DNA of 64,000 bases from the IMG/VR virus record IMGVR_UViG_3300042448_001193; one strand, 5' to 3'. The DNA comes from a virus. Taxonomy: Duplodnaviria; Heunggongvirae; Uroviricota; Caudoviricetes. Of this stretch, positions 18,260-27,006 are shown piece by piece. The translations under genes and the position numbers were made by a program. Each line of letters begins with the position of its first letter. Positions within the stretch are counted from its first letter, which is position 1. The notes under the pieces were generated by a model. That model did no database searches and was not told where the DNA came from. It saw nothing but the letters and a program-made list of their open reading frames with translations.

Positions 18260-19928
18260 ACGCTTGGCTACCAACAATTTCGTAGAAGTTCACACCAGTG
18301 CGAACCGCAACAAAGTTAAGTTGGATGTAGTTGATGGAACGAGCAGGCTTAATGTAGATATCACCAACGAATTGATTTTGATCAATTACTTCACCTGTGT
18401 TGTTGGTAGAATCACACACAACACGGAAGTCGTAAATACCACGGCGACCTTGAACGTTACGTAGGTATGGCTCAACCAAGTTTACAAACGCAGCGCGAGT
18501 AAATTCATCATTGAATTCAAATAGAGATGAACGTGCAGCTTTTGCAATAGATTTTTCTAGAACGATGAACAAGCGGCGAACGTTAATACGATCAAAAGCA
18601 CTTGGACGATTCAGTAGAGTCTTATCGCCATACAGAATAGTTCCTTCACCTGGGAAAGTAACAACAGAGTTTACACCCTTCTTGTAGATTGCATCACGCT
18701 CGGCTTGTGTTGGATTCCATGCTAGACGAACTACGTTTTTGATCACACCGCGATTTAGACCGGCTGGTGAGAACCATGGATCTCTCTCGTTGTCTGTACG
18801 AACACATAGACCGGCGATATCACCGTTCAATGGTACCCAACGGTATACATCGTTGTACTTGTCATATTGATATTTCCATCCAGAATCCATAACAGCGAAA
18901 CTAGATTTTGTGTATGAATCTGCTGTTGCTGCAATATCAGTAGCTTCGCTTCCCGAGTTGTCAACCACATCAGCAAACTCTGGTGATACAAAGACTAAAC
19001 AGTCTTTACGTGTTTCAGCGATAGAAATTAGATGGTTTGGAATTGTTGTTCCTGTTGTTTCACCTGCCATGATCAGTGAAATGTCAACTGAATCTGCATT
19101 TGCAAACAAATCATATGATGAATTGATGTTTCCTGCAGTTGCAACATGATCTACACCACCAGATAGTGTTGCAGTAAGTGCAGTAGCCATTGAAGTATAT
19201 GCAACTGCTCCGGTTGCCGCTGTACCCCAATTAGCTGCTAGGTGACCGCCCCACCACAAGTACTTCGAACGTGTGTTGATTGCTTCTTTATAGTAGTTGC
19301 TTGAACCGTCTGAGTTTTTAGCATCTGATGCTTTGGAAACAAATGGATATTTCTCCAAAATTGTTCCTGCGACACCACTAATTGCTCCATTACTGTCTAG
19401 AACAATAACGTGCAACTCATCATTGCTTGAGTTTCTGTCTGATGCCCACTCAGATGTTGCTGGTGCAGAATCAAATTCACCTGCATATGTCCAACTTGTG
19501 AATGTGTTTGAGTCTGCAACCGATACTCTGATTGAGTTGCCTAAAGCACCTGCATATTTTGCATTGAATGCGGATGATGTATTTGAGCTATGAGATTGCT
19601 CATAATCAATTCTGTTTTCTATCAAAACTGTTGTTGCGTTAGCGTTTGCTGTAGCATTTTTTGCATTAGCGCCAACAGAACGAACAACTCTCAAGTCACT
19701 TCCATATGCCAAGAAGTTTGCTGCTGTGTAAAATGTTGCGTAAGTATTTGCATCAGGTTTGCCGAATCTATCAACCAATTGTATTTCATTGTTGACGATA
19801 GTGATTTCGTTAGCTGGTCCCCAAGCAAAATTGCCTGCGACTGCGCCAATGGTAGTGGCAACTGATGGAACAACTGTTGTTAAATCTACTTCTGAGATAT
19901 TAACACCAGGTGATAATTGAAAAGCCAT
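18258..19928 (-). CDS. gp18: Tail sheath protein
   Basis: SPGVNISEVDLT, FAWGP, YQYDKYNDVYRWVPLNGDIAGLC, WFSPAGLNRG, FDRINVRRLF, KPARSINYIQLNFVA. Confidence 0.97.
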   Translation of the reverse strand: MAFQLSPGVNISEVDLTTVVPSVATTIGAVAGNFAWGPANEITIVNNEIQLVDRFGKPDANTYATFYTAANFLAYGSDLRVVRSVGANAKNATANANATTVLIENRIDYEQSHSSNTSSAFNAKYAGALGNSIRVSVADSNTFTSWTYAGEFDSAPATSEWASDRNSSNDELHVIVLDSNGAISGVAGTILEKYPFVSKASDAKNSDGSSNYYKEAINTRSKYLWWGGHLAANWGTAATGAVAYTSMATALTATLSGGVDHVATAGNINSSYDLFANADSVDISLIMAGETTGTTIPNHLISIAETRKDCLVFVSPEFADVVDNSGSEATDIAATADSYTKSSFAVMDSGWKYQYDKYNDVYRWVPLNGDIAGLCVRTDNERDPWFSPAGLNRGVIKNVVRLAWNPTQAERDAIYKKGVNSVVTFPGEGTILYGDKTLLNRPSAFDRINVRRLFIVLEKSIAKAARSSLFEFNDEFTRAAFVNLVEPYLRNVQGRRGIYDFRVVCDSTNNTGEVIDQNQFVGDIYIKPARSINYIQLNFVAVRTGVNFYEIVGSQA

Positions 19929-19973
19929 ATTTTGTTCTCCTTATTATTTTTATAGAACTGAATCGTATTATTC

Positions 19974-19981
19974 TATTTATC
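19974..19981 (-). promoter_or_regulatory. Late promoter variant (GATAAATA) for gp18
   Basis: ATAAATA between the gp17 stop and the gp18 RBS. Confidence 0.65.
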
Positions 19982-19984
19982 ATT

Positions 19985-21622
19985 TTATAAACTTGAGGCC
20001 ATGTAGCCTCGCTGACCTAGGTTTGTCCACAGATCGGTGCCATCAAACTCTTTTTGTTCTTGTAGACCATCATCAAGCTCACCCACAGGCAACATCTCAT
20101 CATCCATCTGTAGGCTTCTTTCGTCCAACAATCTCTGTCTAACGTCAGAATCTGTGATTTCCTTGAAGTATGACTGTGCTGTCAGCCAAGAAAACAACAC
20201 CAGAGTCATCACAATGTCGTCATTATTACCTTCTTCAGCTTCATAAGACTCCTTTACTCTGACAAATGTGTTCAGTTCTGCGATAGCATCAAAGTCATTT
20301 GTTATGAGTTTGTCTGTTTCAATCAGAGTTTTCAAGTTAGCACAACCAATTTTTTTGACTGTTTTGGATGTTTTTACACCATATGCAGCACCTTTTTTGA
20401 AGCCTGATGATATATGCTGGCCCTTTATCTCATGATGCTCGATCCTGAATATGTTCTCATACTCAAGATCGTAGTGTAGGATGTCCACAACTTGTTGACC
20501 AACGCTGTTCGTTTCAACCAGAACCCAAGCTCTGTTATATCTATTAGCTAAGTTATAAACATATGTTGGAAATAACATAGGAGACAGTTTGTTGTCTCTG
20601 AATTTAGCCACATGTTTGTACGGTAACTCAGTAACATCAATAACTGAGCATACTGAATAGTCTAGACCAACGCCTTCGGCACAATCAACCACAGCAATGT
20701 ATGTGTGACCCGCTTTGGGTGCCTCGAAAATTTGTAGATACTCTTCTGTGGATATTGGATAGTTGAATGTCAGTGTCTTTAATTTTGATCCTGGAATCAA
20801 CGTTGCAGATGACCCTAAGAATTCACATTCAAATTCCTGCCTGAACTGCTCTTCACTTGTGTTTCGTATCGTTTCATCTCGCCACTTAGCATCTCTACCT
20901 GGCACCATAGACCAGTGAACTTCAAACGGAACATACAGAGAACGCTTTTCAACCGCATCTGTCCACATCTTGTAGAACATGTTCAGTCCATGTGGCGTTG
21001 AAACGATGATAACTTTGGTAGTTTTACCAGAAGAGATAACTGGATAGGTCGAGGTAAAGAACTCAACAGCCATATTCTGTGGAACGAAAGCGAATTCGTC
21101 CAAGAATACTAAGTTGTATGATCCACCACGAACACCAGCCGCACTTGTTGCATATGCTGATATTTCTGATCCGTTTTCAAGAACAATGTTTCCTTTGTTC
21201 CATTCAACAATGCCTTGTTGCATCCAAAGTGGAAGATATTCAAACGCATATTTGATTCTACCGAGAATGTCTCTTGCTAGATCACCCTTGTTGGCTAGAA
21301 TGGCGATCTTATAGTCATCCGTAAACAGTACACACCACAACATGTAGCCTGCGGCTGTGGTTGTCTTACCGACCTGTCGTGGCATTTTTGCGATGGAGAA
21401 TCTATTCGCATGAAAGCCTTTGACCATTTCCTCCTGGAAAGGCCACATGTTAAATGGCATTAAGCCATGATCAACGTTAACAATCTTGACGTACTTCTTA
21501 ATGAAGTATACAGGATCCTTAATGCATTTGGTAATCTCAATTAGCTGATCGTGGGTGTATTCAATTTCAACACCGGCACGTTTCAGACTTGAGTTACCGT
21601 TATATCCACCAGCATATGCCAT
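19985..21622 (-). CDS. gp17: Terminase large subunit
   Basis: Y.GNSSLKR, PRQVGKTT, FLDEFAF, STPHGLNMFY, FRQEFECEFLGS, NDDIVM. Confidence 0.97.
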   Translation of the reverse strand: MAYAGGYNGNSSLKRAGVEIEYTHDQLIEITKCIKDPVYFIKKYVKIVNVDHGLMPFNMWPFQEEMVKGFHANRFSIAKMPRQVGKTTTAAGYMLWCVLFTDDYKIAILANKGDLARDILGRIKYAFEYLPLWMQQGIVEWNKGNIVLENGSEISAYATSAAGVRGGSYNLVFLDEFAFVPQNMAVEFFTSTYPVISSGKTTKVIIVSTPHGLNMFYKMWTDAVEKRSLYVPFEVHWSMVPGRDAKWRDETIRNTSEEQFRQEFECEFLGSSATLIPGSKLKTLTFNYPISTEEYLQIFEAPKAGHTYIAVVDCAEGVGLDYSVCSVIDVTELPYKHVAKFRDNKLSPMLFPTYVYNLANRYNRAWVLVETNSVGQQVVDILHYDLEYENIFRIEHHEIKGQHISSGFKKGAAYGVKTSKTVKKIGCANLKTLIETDKLITNDFDAIAELNTFVRVKESYEAEEGNNDDIVMTLVLFSWLTAQSYFKEITDSDVRQRLLDERSLQMDDEMLPVGELDDGLQEQKEFDGTDLWTNLGQRGYMASSL

Positions 21623-22005
21623 TAGTTAATCTGCTTTATTTGTTTGATCAAGTCTGAAGTTGAACCAACAAACACAGCTTTATCCACTGTAATTTGTGGC
21701 TGGTCTTTTTGTGGCGTCAGATCACGCTTCTTCTTTTGCAACTCAATCAAGTCTTTGTTGATATCGGCCATACTCTTTAATAAGTTTGCTGCGACCTCAT
21801 ATGCTCTTGGGTGATCAGTTGCTGATGCAACTTGTAGTATGTTATCTACTGCAACTTTGCCCTTCTCAGCGAGTTCACGAATATTTTTTCTAGCAAACTC
21901 AAAATCAGAATCAATATCACTCTGAACAATAATGGGTGCAGGAAGGCTTTGTGTTCCTATAGGATTAATATCAAAGATATCTGCTAATGATTTATCTGTT
22001 TTCAT
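21622..22005 (-). CDS. gp16: Terminase small subunit
   Basis: DFEFARKN, HPRAYEVAA, AVFVGSTSDL. Confidence 0.92.
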   Translation of the reverse strand: MKTDKSLADIFDINPIGTQSLPAPIIVQSDIDSDFEFARKNIRELAEKGKVAVDNILQVASATDHPRAYEVAANLLKSMADINKDLIELQKKKRDLTPQKDQPQITVDKAVFVGSTSDLIKQIKQIN

Positions 22006-23009
22006 AATGTGTTTGGAAATTCAGTTATTGTTGTTGTGAAACCATAATCATCGTCTGCATTGGCTGTTGGTGGATTTGGTTTTACCACAATTGAAACTGT
22101 CTTGATAGGATTCAAATCTACAGTGTCGATTGTGTACGTTGCATTTGAGTAGTCTCCAACAACGGTATCATTTTCTTGCAGGGGTGTAGACATGTCAGAT
22201 ACAACCAATGTGCCTAAACTATTGTTTGCAAAGTATGCGACTGATCCTGTTTTACCTGATCCGACTGTGCGAATTGTTTCACCTGTTGTGTAGACACCAT
22301 TACCTGATGCCATGTCAACATAAACTCTCTGTGGATCACTCGATAATCTGCTGTCAACAAAGATGTTTGTATTTGCTTGTCGAATTAGCCCACCAATAAT
22401 TGATGTTGCTGGAAATATATAGCCCTTAACTGTGAACGTTAAGTTCCAAATGATCAAACGAGTTGTGGACATGTCTCCTTCATAGTCTATCTGTGGTGTC
22501 ACAGAATTCAACATGATAGGAATATCATATTTTCTACCTAGGGTTGGTATTAAGTCTACTGTAATCGTGAAGTCTGGAGTAAATAGTGGTAAAATCTGCT
22601 CAAGAATTTGTGTGCCATCCTCTTGATTTCTGACATAGATGTTCAGATCAAATTCGAAATTGTATGGCACTGGTGCATGTTGTGCAGAGTATTTACCTGT
22701 GGCAGAATCAACAGCAAAGTTTCTATTCAGTGTGTTAACTTTTCTGCTGGAATCATAGGTCAATCCTACCAAATCAAAAGATATCCTAGGCACATATGTA
22801 TTGATCGACTTTGTTAGATTTGGATCGCTTGTCAGTCGTGTTAGATATTTCTCTTTAGCTCCGAATGACAGTGGTACTCTCATTCGCTCAAACTCCTGGT
22901 CACCCGATGTACTGTATCTAACGAGTATGAGGTCATTGAAAAGTGTGCCGAATGCGACAACCATCTTTCTTATTGTTCTATTGTAGAAGTGATCGTTCTT
23001 TAGCATCAA
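22002..23009 (-). CDS. gp15: Tail sheath stabilizer/terminator with an extra inserted domain
   Basis: FYNRTIRK.VVAFGTLFN, VPLSFG.KEKYL, PRISF, PVPYN..F.L, QILEQILP.F.P, YEGD....R.IIWNL.FT.KGY. Confidence 0.92.
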   Translation of the reverse strand: MMLKNDHFYNRTIRKMVVAFGTLFNDLILVRYSTSGDQEFERMRVPLSFGAKEKYLTRLTSDPNLTKSINTYVPRISFDLVGLTYDSSRKVNTLNRNFAVDSATGKYSAQHAPVPYNFEFDLNIYVRNQEDGTQILEQILPLFTPDFTITVDLIPTLGRKYDIPIMLNSVTPQIDYEGDMSTTRLIIWNLTFTVKGYIFPATSIIGGLIRQANTNIFVDSRLSSDPQRVYVDMASGNGVYTTGETIRTVGSGKTGSVAYFANNSLGTLVVSDMSTPLQENDTVVGDYSNATYTIDTVDLNPIKTVSIVVKPNPPTANADDDYGFTTTITEFPNTL

Positions 23010-23911
23010 AATTCACCAAATGGGTTACGTTCTGTGAAGTCAATAATACCGTCTGCTTCAGACTGTATCCTCAAGTTATCGTTTATATCCTCGAAAACAT
23101 TATTTCCGACTTGAGTATCTGTGTTTGTCGCAATAGCACTTCTATTTGCGTTACTGGTTTCACCACGTACTGTTCCTGAACCAAATGTTCCCTGCACACG
23201 AATGACAGTAATTGTTGAGTGTGGTGTGTAAGAGTAAACGACAGCTTGCGCATTAGCAGTTGCAACTGAACTGCCTTGGTATATGACTTCGCCAGGAACA
23301 AAAGAACCTGAACCAGCTGGATAAACAGTGGTGTTGGCCAACGCAATATCTGTTCTCTTATATTCTGCAAATGCTTGGGTGTCAATCTCTTCTACGCCTG
23401 TAGATATGATTTCTTCACTGAACACAAATTGTTTCATCTTCAGTGCATACACGTATACGTTTCCGCCACGCCCTCTACCTAGTGTATAGAACATAGCTTG
23501 ATCGTTTTCGTTCTCAACGAACGTAATTTCAAAGAAGTTCTGCACCAGAGGAATATAGATCAGGTCGCCTTCTCGCGCTCTAGGTAAGTTTGCAGTCATT
23601 GCAAATCTACGTCTTGAAACTAATAGAGTTACCTCATCACGAATCTCAAGTCCAAATTTAGAAATGAAGTCGCCTTCGCCATCCATACCGGTGACGTTTT
23701 CCATGTACATTTCAATAGCATGTGCGGTGCGATATTGTTTCAGGGTGTCTTCACCATAAAGCATATCAACTTCATCACGGCTTGTGCGAGGAAGATAGTA
23801 TACATCCATGCCATTGATTTGCATGGCCTCAATCACCAAATCTTCTACAAGTAATTGCTCACTTGTTATTTGGTGCTGAGGAAAATTGTTGAAATAGAAA
23901 TTCGTGGACAT
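23006..23911 (-). CDS. gp14: Neck protein
   Basis: EQLLVEDLVIEAMQINGMDVYYLPR, GEGDFISKFGLEIRDE, REGDLIY.P, FEI.FVE, IIDFTERNPFGE. Confidence 0.95.
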   Translation of the reverse strand: MSTNFYFNNFPQHQITSEQLLVEDLVIEAMQINGMDVYYLPRTSRDEVDMLYGEDTLKQYRTAHAIEMYMENVTGMDGEGDFISKFGLEIRDEVTLLVSRRRFAMTANLPRAREGDLIYIPLVQNFFEITFVENENDQAMFYTLGRGRGGNVYVYALKMKQFVFSEEIISTGVEEIDTQAFAEYKRTDIALANTTVYPAGSGSFVPGEVIYQGSSVATANAQAVVYSYTPHSTITVIRVQGTFGSGTVRGETSNANRSAIATNTDTQVGNNVFEDINDNLRIQSEADGIIDFTERNPFGEF

Positions 23912-23916
23912 CTATT

Positions 23917-24870
23917 TTAGCCCATCATTATCTCGCCAGGAAGTACGTTTGTGCTTATCAAACCATCTTCTAATTCTTTCATCTCTTCAGCCGCCTCTTG
24001 CATTATTCTGACACCATCAAGTGTAACACCACCGGGCATTTGAATACCTGCGAATTTACTGAGATTGCTTCCCCACTGATATTTGATCTTTGCTGTTGCG
24101 TATTGCTTCAGGAATCTATCGTTCCATACGTCTGAGAAACCTGGGCGTGTCAGTGTGGCACCTGTTGTTGTAGATGCAAACTGCGGAGTCACGTTTAGTG
24201 ATGCTGGTCCTGCAATCGAGACAATTTTCTTGAATTCACCATTGATGATAATTTCATCATCGACAGACAACTCACTATTGAAAGATGTGCCTGTTCCAAT
24301 TACGGTGTTGGATGTGGCAGTAACGGATACTGTGCCTGTGGATATTCTGGAATCTGGTTCTATTCTGCGATAGCACTCAACGATGACCCAGCTTCCAACA
24401 GAAACATCTCTTGTCCAATCAATATCAAGATACAATCTATTCATCTTCCTATTGAATCTGACTTGTGGTGTTCCTGAGAACAACAGATTCAATGTTCGGA
24501 TGTGTTGCATCGTTATTTCATATGAAACATACGATACCGATGTGAAGTCATAAAGGTCATGCAATCTCAGTTGGTATCTCAAGTCAAACATGTTGACTGA
24601 GGAGTTTGACTGGTCAAATGGTAAAATGCCAGTAACAAAATTGACTGCATCAGGACAGAATATGTATCTCCTGTCCATATCTTCCTGAGTGATTTGATAT
24701 TTCAAATACATCTGTTCCATACCATCATAATGATAGTCATGGTAGAATGCCAATGCATCATCAACACGATCATCCAGCTGATCTTCATCTACGTTTATTT
24801 GAATGACCGGATGTCCAAGTCTGCGTAAGCAGTATTCTTTGAATTCTGATCTTGTTCTAGGAGTTGCCAT
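23917..24870 (-). CDS. gp13: Neck protein
   Basis: EYCLRRLG.PVIQINVD..Q..DR..DAL, FDLRYQLRL.DLY, WNDRFLKQYATA.IK.QWG.NL.KF.GIQMPGGVTL.G. Confidence 0.95.
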   Translation of the reverse strand: MATPRTRSEFKEYCLRRLGHPVIQINVDEDQLDDRVDDALAFYHDYHYDGMEQMYLKYQITQEDMDRRYIFCPDAVNFVTGILPFDQSNSSVNMFDLRYQLRLHDLYDFTSVSYVSYEITMQHIRTLNLLFSGTPQVRFNRKMNRLYLDIDWTRDVSVGSWVIVECYRRIEPDSRISTGTVSVTATSNTVIGTGTSFNSELSVDDEIIINGEFKKIVSIAGPASLNVTPQFASTTTGATLTRPGFSDVWNDRFLKQYATAKIKYQWGSNLSKFAGIQMPGGVTLDGVRIMQEAAEEMKELEDGLISTNVLPGEIMMG

Positions 24871-24894
24871 GTGTTTTATCCAATCGTTATTACC

Positions 24895-24902
24895 TATTTA
24901 TA
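24895..24902 (-). promoter_or_regulatory. Late promoter for gp13-gp17
   Basis: Exact TATAAATA 24 nt upstream of the gp13 ATG. Confidence 0.85.
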
Positions 24903-24906
24903 AAGG

Positions 24907-24930
24907 TAAAACGCCCCATTAAAGGGGCGT
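24907..24930 (-). terminator. Rho-independent terminator after the lipoprotein gene
   Basis: ACGCCCC/GGGGCGT stem with a 6-nt loop followed by TTTT on the minus strand. Confidence 0.8.
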
Positions 24931-24952
24931 GATATTGTCAATTGAAGTTAAA

Positions 24953-25672
24953 TTATACGCAACTGCCAGCGACAAGCGTTTGGCCAGCAGGACATGAATA
25001 AGACGTATTGTTTGAGTTTGTGGTTGTCACATTAGGCTGAATGTTTTCCATGGCATCGGCAATAGCTTTGATAGAATCACTCGCATCTTTTGAAATACTA
25101 GCTGAAGCTGCACTTCCTTGACCACTGACTGTTGTGGTTGCGGTTAAACCAGCTTTAGCAACATCAACTGTGGCTGCCAGCCCAGCACCTGCTGTTGTAG
25201 TAACTGCTGTTAGACCAGCACCTGCAATGTTTGCAAACGTGTTGTTTGTGTTAGTGGTTGTAGCCACTTGGTTATCACTCTGTTTGATACCCAATGCAGT
25301 TGCGTTATTGCTTTGTGTGATAGCAACTTGACGGTTCGCATTGATTGAATAGAACTGTGTCAAGTTAGGCAACAGCAATGAAGTCCATTGCAGTGCAATA
25401 TCACCAGCAGATTTTGGTGGCAAGATTTGTTGTTGTTGATTGCGGGTGTTGTTTGAGGCAGCAAAGTTGATGCTCATAACAGCCGCTACCTTAGCTGTAG
25501 CATCACCTGTTCTTGCAATCTCAGCAAGAGCCGCATATTTTGCACTTTCTGCGGTTGCATTTGCTGATGCAATGGCTCTTTGGGCGTCTGCGTACATCTT
25601 ATAATCTTGGCTAGCACATCCAGTAAGAAGTGCTACAGACAATAAAGCCGCTATGGATAAAAATCGTTTCAT
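24953..25672 (-). CDS. Lipoprotein of unknown function
   Basis: Start moved to MKRFLSIAALLSVALLTG-C (GGAG RBS upstream): basic N-region, hydrophobic core and lipobox LTGC; Ala/Thr-rich helical body and C-terminal CPAGQTLVAGSC. Confidence 0.8.
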   Translation of the reverse strand: MKRFLSIAALLSVALLTGCASQDYKMYADAQRAIASANATAESAKYAALAEIARTGDATAKVAAVMSINFAASNNTRNQQQQILPPKSAGDIALQWTSLLLPNLTQFYSINANRQVAITQSNNATALGIKQSDNQVATTTNTNNTFANIAGAGLTAVTTTAGAGLAATVDVAKAGLTATTTVSGQGSAASASISKDASDSIKAIADAMENIQPNVTTTNSNNTSYSCPAGQTLVAGSCV

Positions 25673-25697
25673 TTTAAGCTCCTGGTAAGGGTATATG

Positions 25698-25705
25698 TAC
25701 TTATA
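25698..25705 (-). promoter_or_regulatory. Probable late promoter variant (TATAAGTA) for the lipoprotein
   Basis: One mismatch to TATAAATA, 25 nt upstream of the ATG. Confidence 0.5.
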
Positions 25706-25729
25706 TATCAAAAATCAACCGCTAGGATA

Positions 25730-26524
25730 TCACTTGATTCCCATAGACTTTCTGATCTTTGTAGCACTTATTGCATGTGTCGCGTCATCAAATACTTCCT
25801 GCTCAATCTTATATCCAACATCTCGCCCATAGGTAATGTTCACGATGTTAGGAACAACCTGAATTTCATATTGTCCTTGATATAGAGTGTCAAGATCGCG
25901 TTTAATATAGCTTTTGACTTGTTCAATGGCAAATGGATTTGATCCTTGCCAGCCTTGACAGTCTCGGATTTGTATGACAACCTGGCCAGTCTTGCTGATA
26001 GCTCTCTCAAACAAAGCTCTGTGACCTTGGTGCCATGGCTGCCATCTTCCTAGCATCTGAACAGTCTCTTTTTGCCAATCAAATGTGGGTCTGCGTCTAT
26101 TATCCAGAATATGAGCCGCAATAAACTCACCCCATTTTTCACCATGCTGTTCGGTAATCCTGAAGTCGTAAACTTCTGGTGGAGTGAAAATCTTATTGGT
26201 GTCTTCAAAGCGACCTTTATCAATGGTATCTACCCATACTGTCCAGTCTGCTTTGAAGTTATTTCGCATTTCCTGAAGAGGAGCAACGAAATCACAAATT
26301 ACAAAATCCATGTCACCATATTGAGTCTCAGCAAGTTCTGCCATTCGTTTACTTTGGCGAATACGACCCTCATGACTAAAGTCCCAATCGTTGAACTTTT
26401 TTCGTACATCATCCGCATTCAACCAGCCAACACGTTTTCTATCAGCTTGTAAATGATCCAAAATGTGTTGAGCTAGATAAGTCTTCCCGGCACCTGGTAG
26501 ACCCATAATAAGAATTTTCTGCAT
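25730..26524 (-). CDS. Fusion of a CysC (APS kinase)-like P-loop kinase and an HxGH nucleotidyltransferase
   Basis: Start MQKILIMG (CGGAG RBS); GLPGAGKT, NADDVRK..NDWDFS.EGR.RQ, DFVAP; C-terminal GRWQPWHQGH and ISATKIR. Confidence 0.75.
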   Translation of the reverse strand: MQKILIMGLPGAGKTYLAQHILDHLQADRKRVGWLNADDVRKKFNDWDFSHEGRIRQSKRMAELAETQYGDMDFVICDFVAPLQEMRNNFKADWTVWVDTIDKGRFEDTNKIFTPPEVYDFRITEQHGEKWGEFIAAHILDNRRRPTFDWQKETVQMLGRWQPWHQGHRALFERAISKTGQVVIQIRDCQGWQGSNPFAIEQVKSYIKRDLDTLYQGQYEIQVVPNIVNITYGRDVGYKIEQEVFDDATHAISATKIRKSMGIK

Positions 26525-26540
26525 AATATACTCCGTTAGA

Positions 26541-26711
26541 TTACTCTGCGGCTTGTTCTGTTTGTTCTGCTGGCTGTTCTGGCACTTGTGGTTGAACTTG
26601 TTCATGGATCAAGCTGACCAATTGCGCTGCACCTGTTTTAACTGGTAGTTCACCCAATGCATAGATGATACCGTTGACTTGTTCTAATGATAGTTTCAAT
26701 GTAATTTCCAT
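26541..26711 (-). CDS. Small hypothetical protein (56 aa) missing from the ORF track
   Basis: Hand translation MEITLKLSLEQVNGIIYALGELPVKTGAAQLVSLIHEQVQPQVPEQPAEQTEQAAE, with a GGAG RBS; fills the intergenic gap. Confidence 0.75.
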   Translation of the reverse strand: MEITLKLSLEQVNGIIYALGELPVKTGAAQLVSLIHEQVQPQVPEQPAEQTEQAAE

Positions 26712-26712
26712 T

Positions 26713-26994
26713 TTATTCTCCTTGTGTTATCCAAATGTTTTCGGCTAGTTTTGCTTCGCCTGTTGTAATAGCTGCTAGTAGATCCGTGATATCTTCTCCT
26801 GAATCAACAATTGCTTGATCAGAAACAACAATTTTCAGATGCGCAACGTTGCGTTCAATATTGCCTTTTCTTTCATTGTTTGCCTGTGATCCAGCAGCCA
26901 ATTTTGCAATCTCATCACCAATAACCCACACACTGTCCCGTGCAGCTTTGATGGTTCCCTTGATATCGTCTAATGTTCTTACTCGTTCTTCCAT
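26713..26994 (-). CDS. Small helical hypothetical protein
   Basis: 93-aa ORF with a GGAG RBS, in operon with the sulfotransferase. Confidence 0.7.
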   Translation of the reverse strand: MEERVRTLDDIKGTIKAARDSVWVIGDEIAKLAAGSQANNERKGNIERNVAHLKIVVSDQAIVDSGEDITDLLAAITTGEAKLAENIWITQGE

Positions 26995-27006
26995 GATAGA
27001 ATCTCC

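Noticed and set aside
4379-21622. Inteins, introns or homing endonucleases in gp46, uvsW, gp23, gp20, gp18 or gp17
   Set aside because: Lengths are normal, motifs are contiguous, and no C/S...HN splice motifs or HNH/GIY-YIG/LAGLIDADG ORFs were seen.
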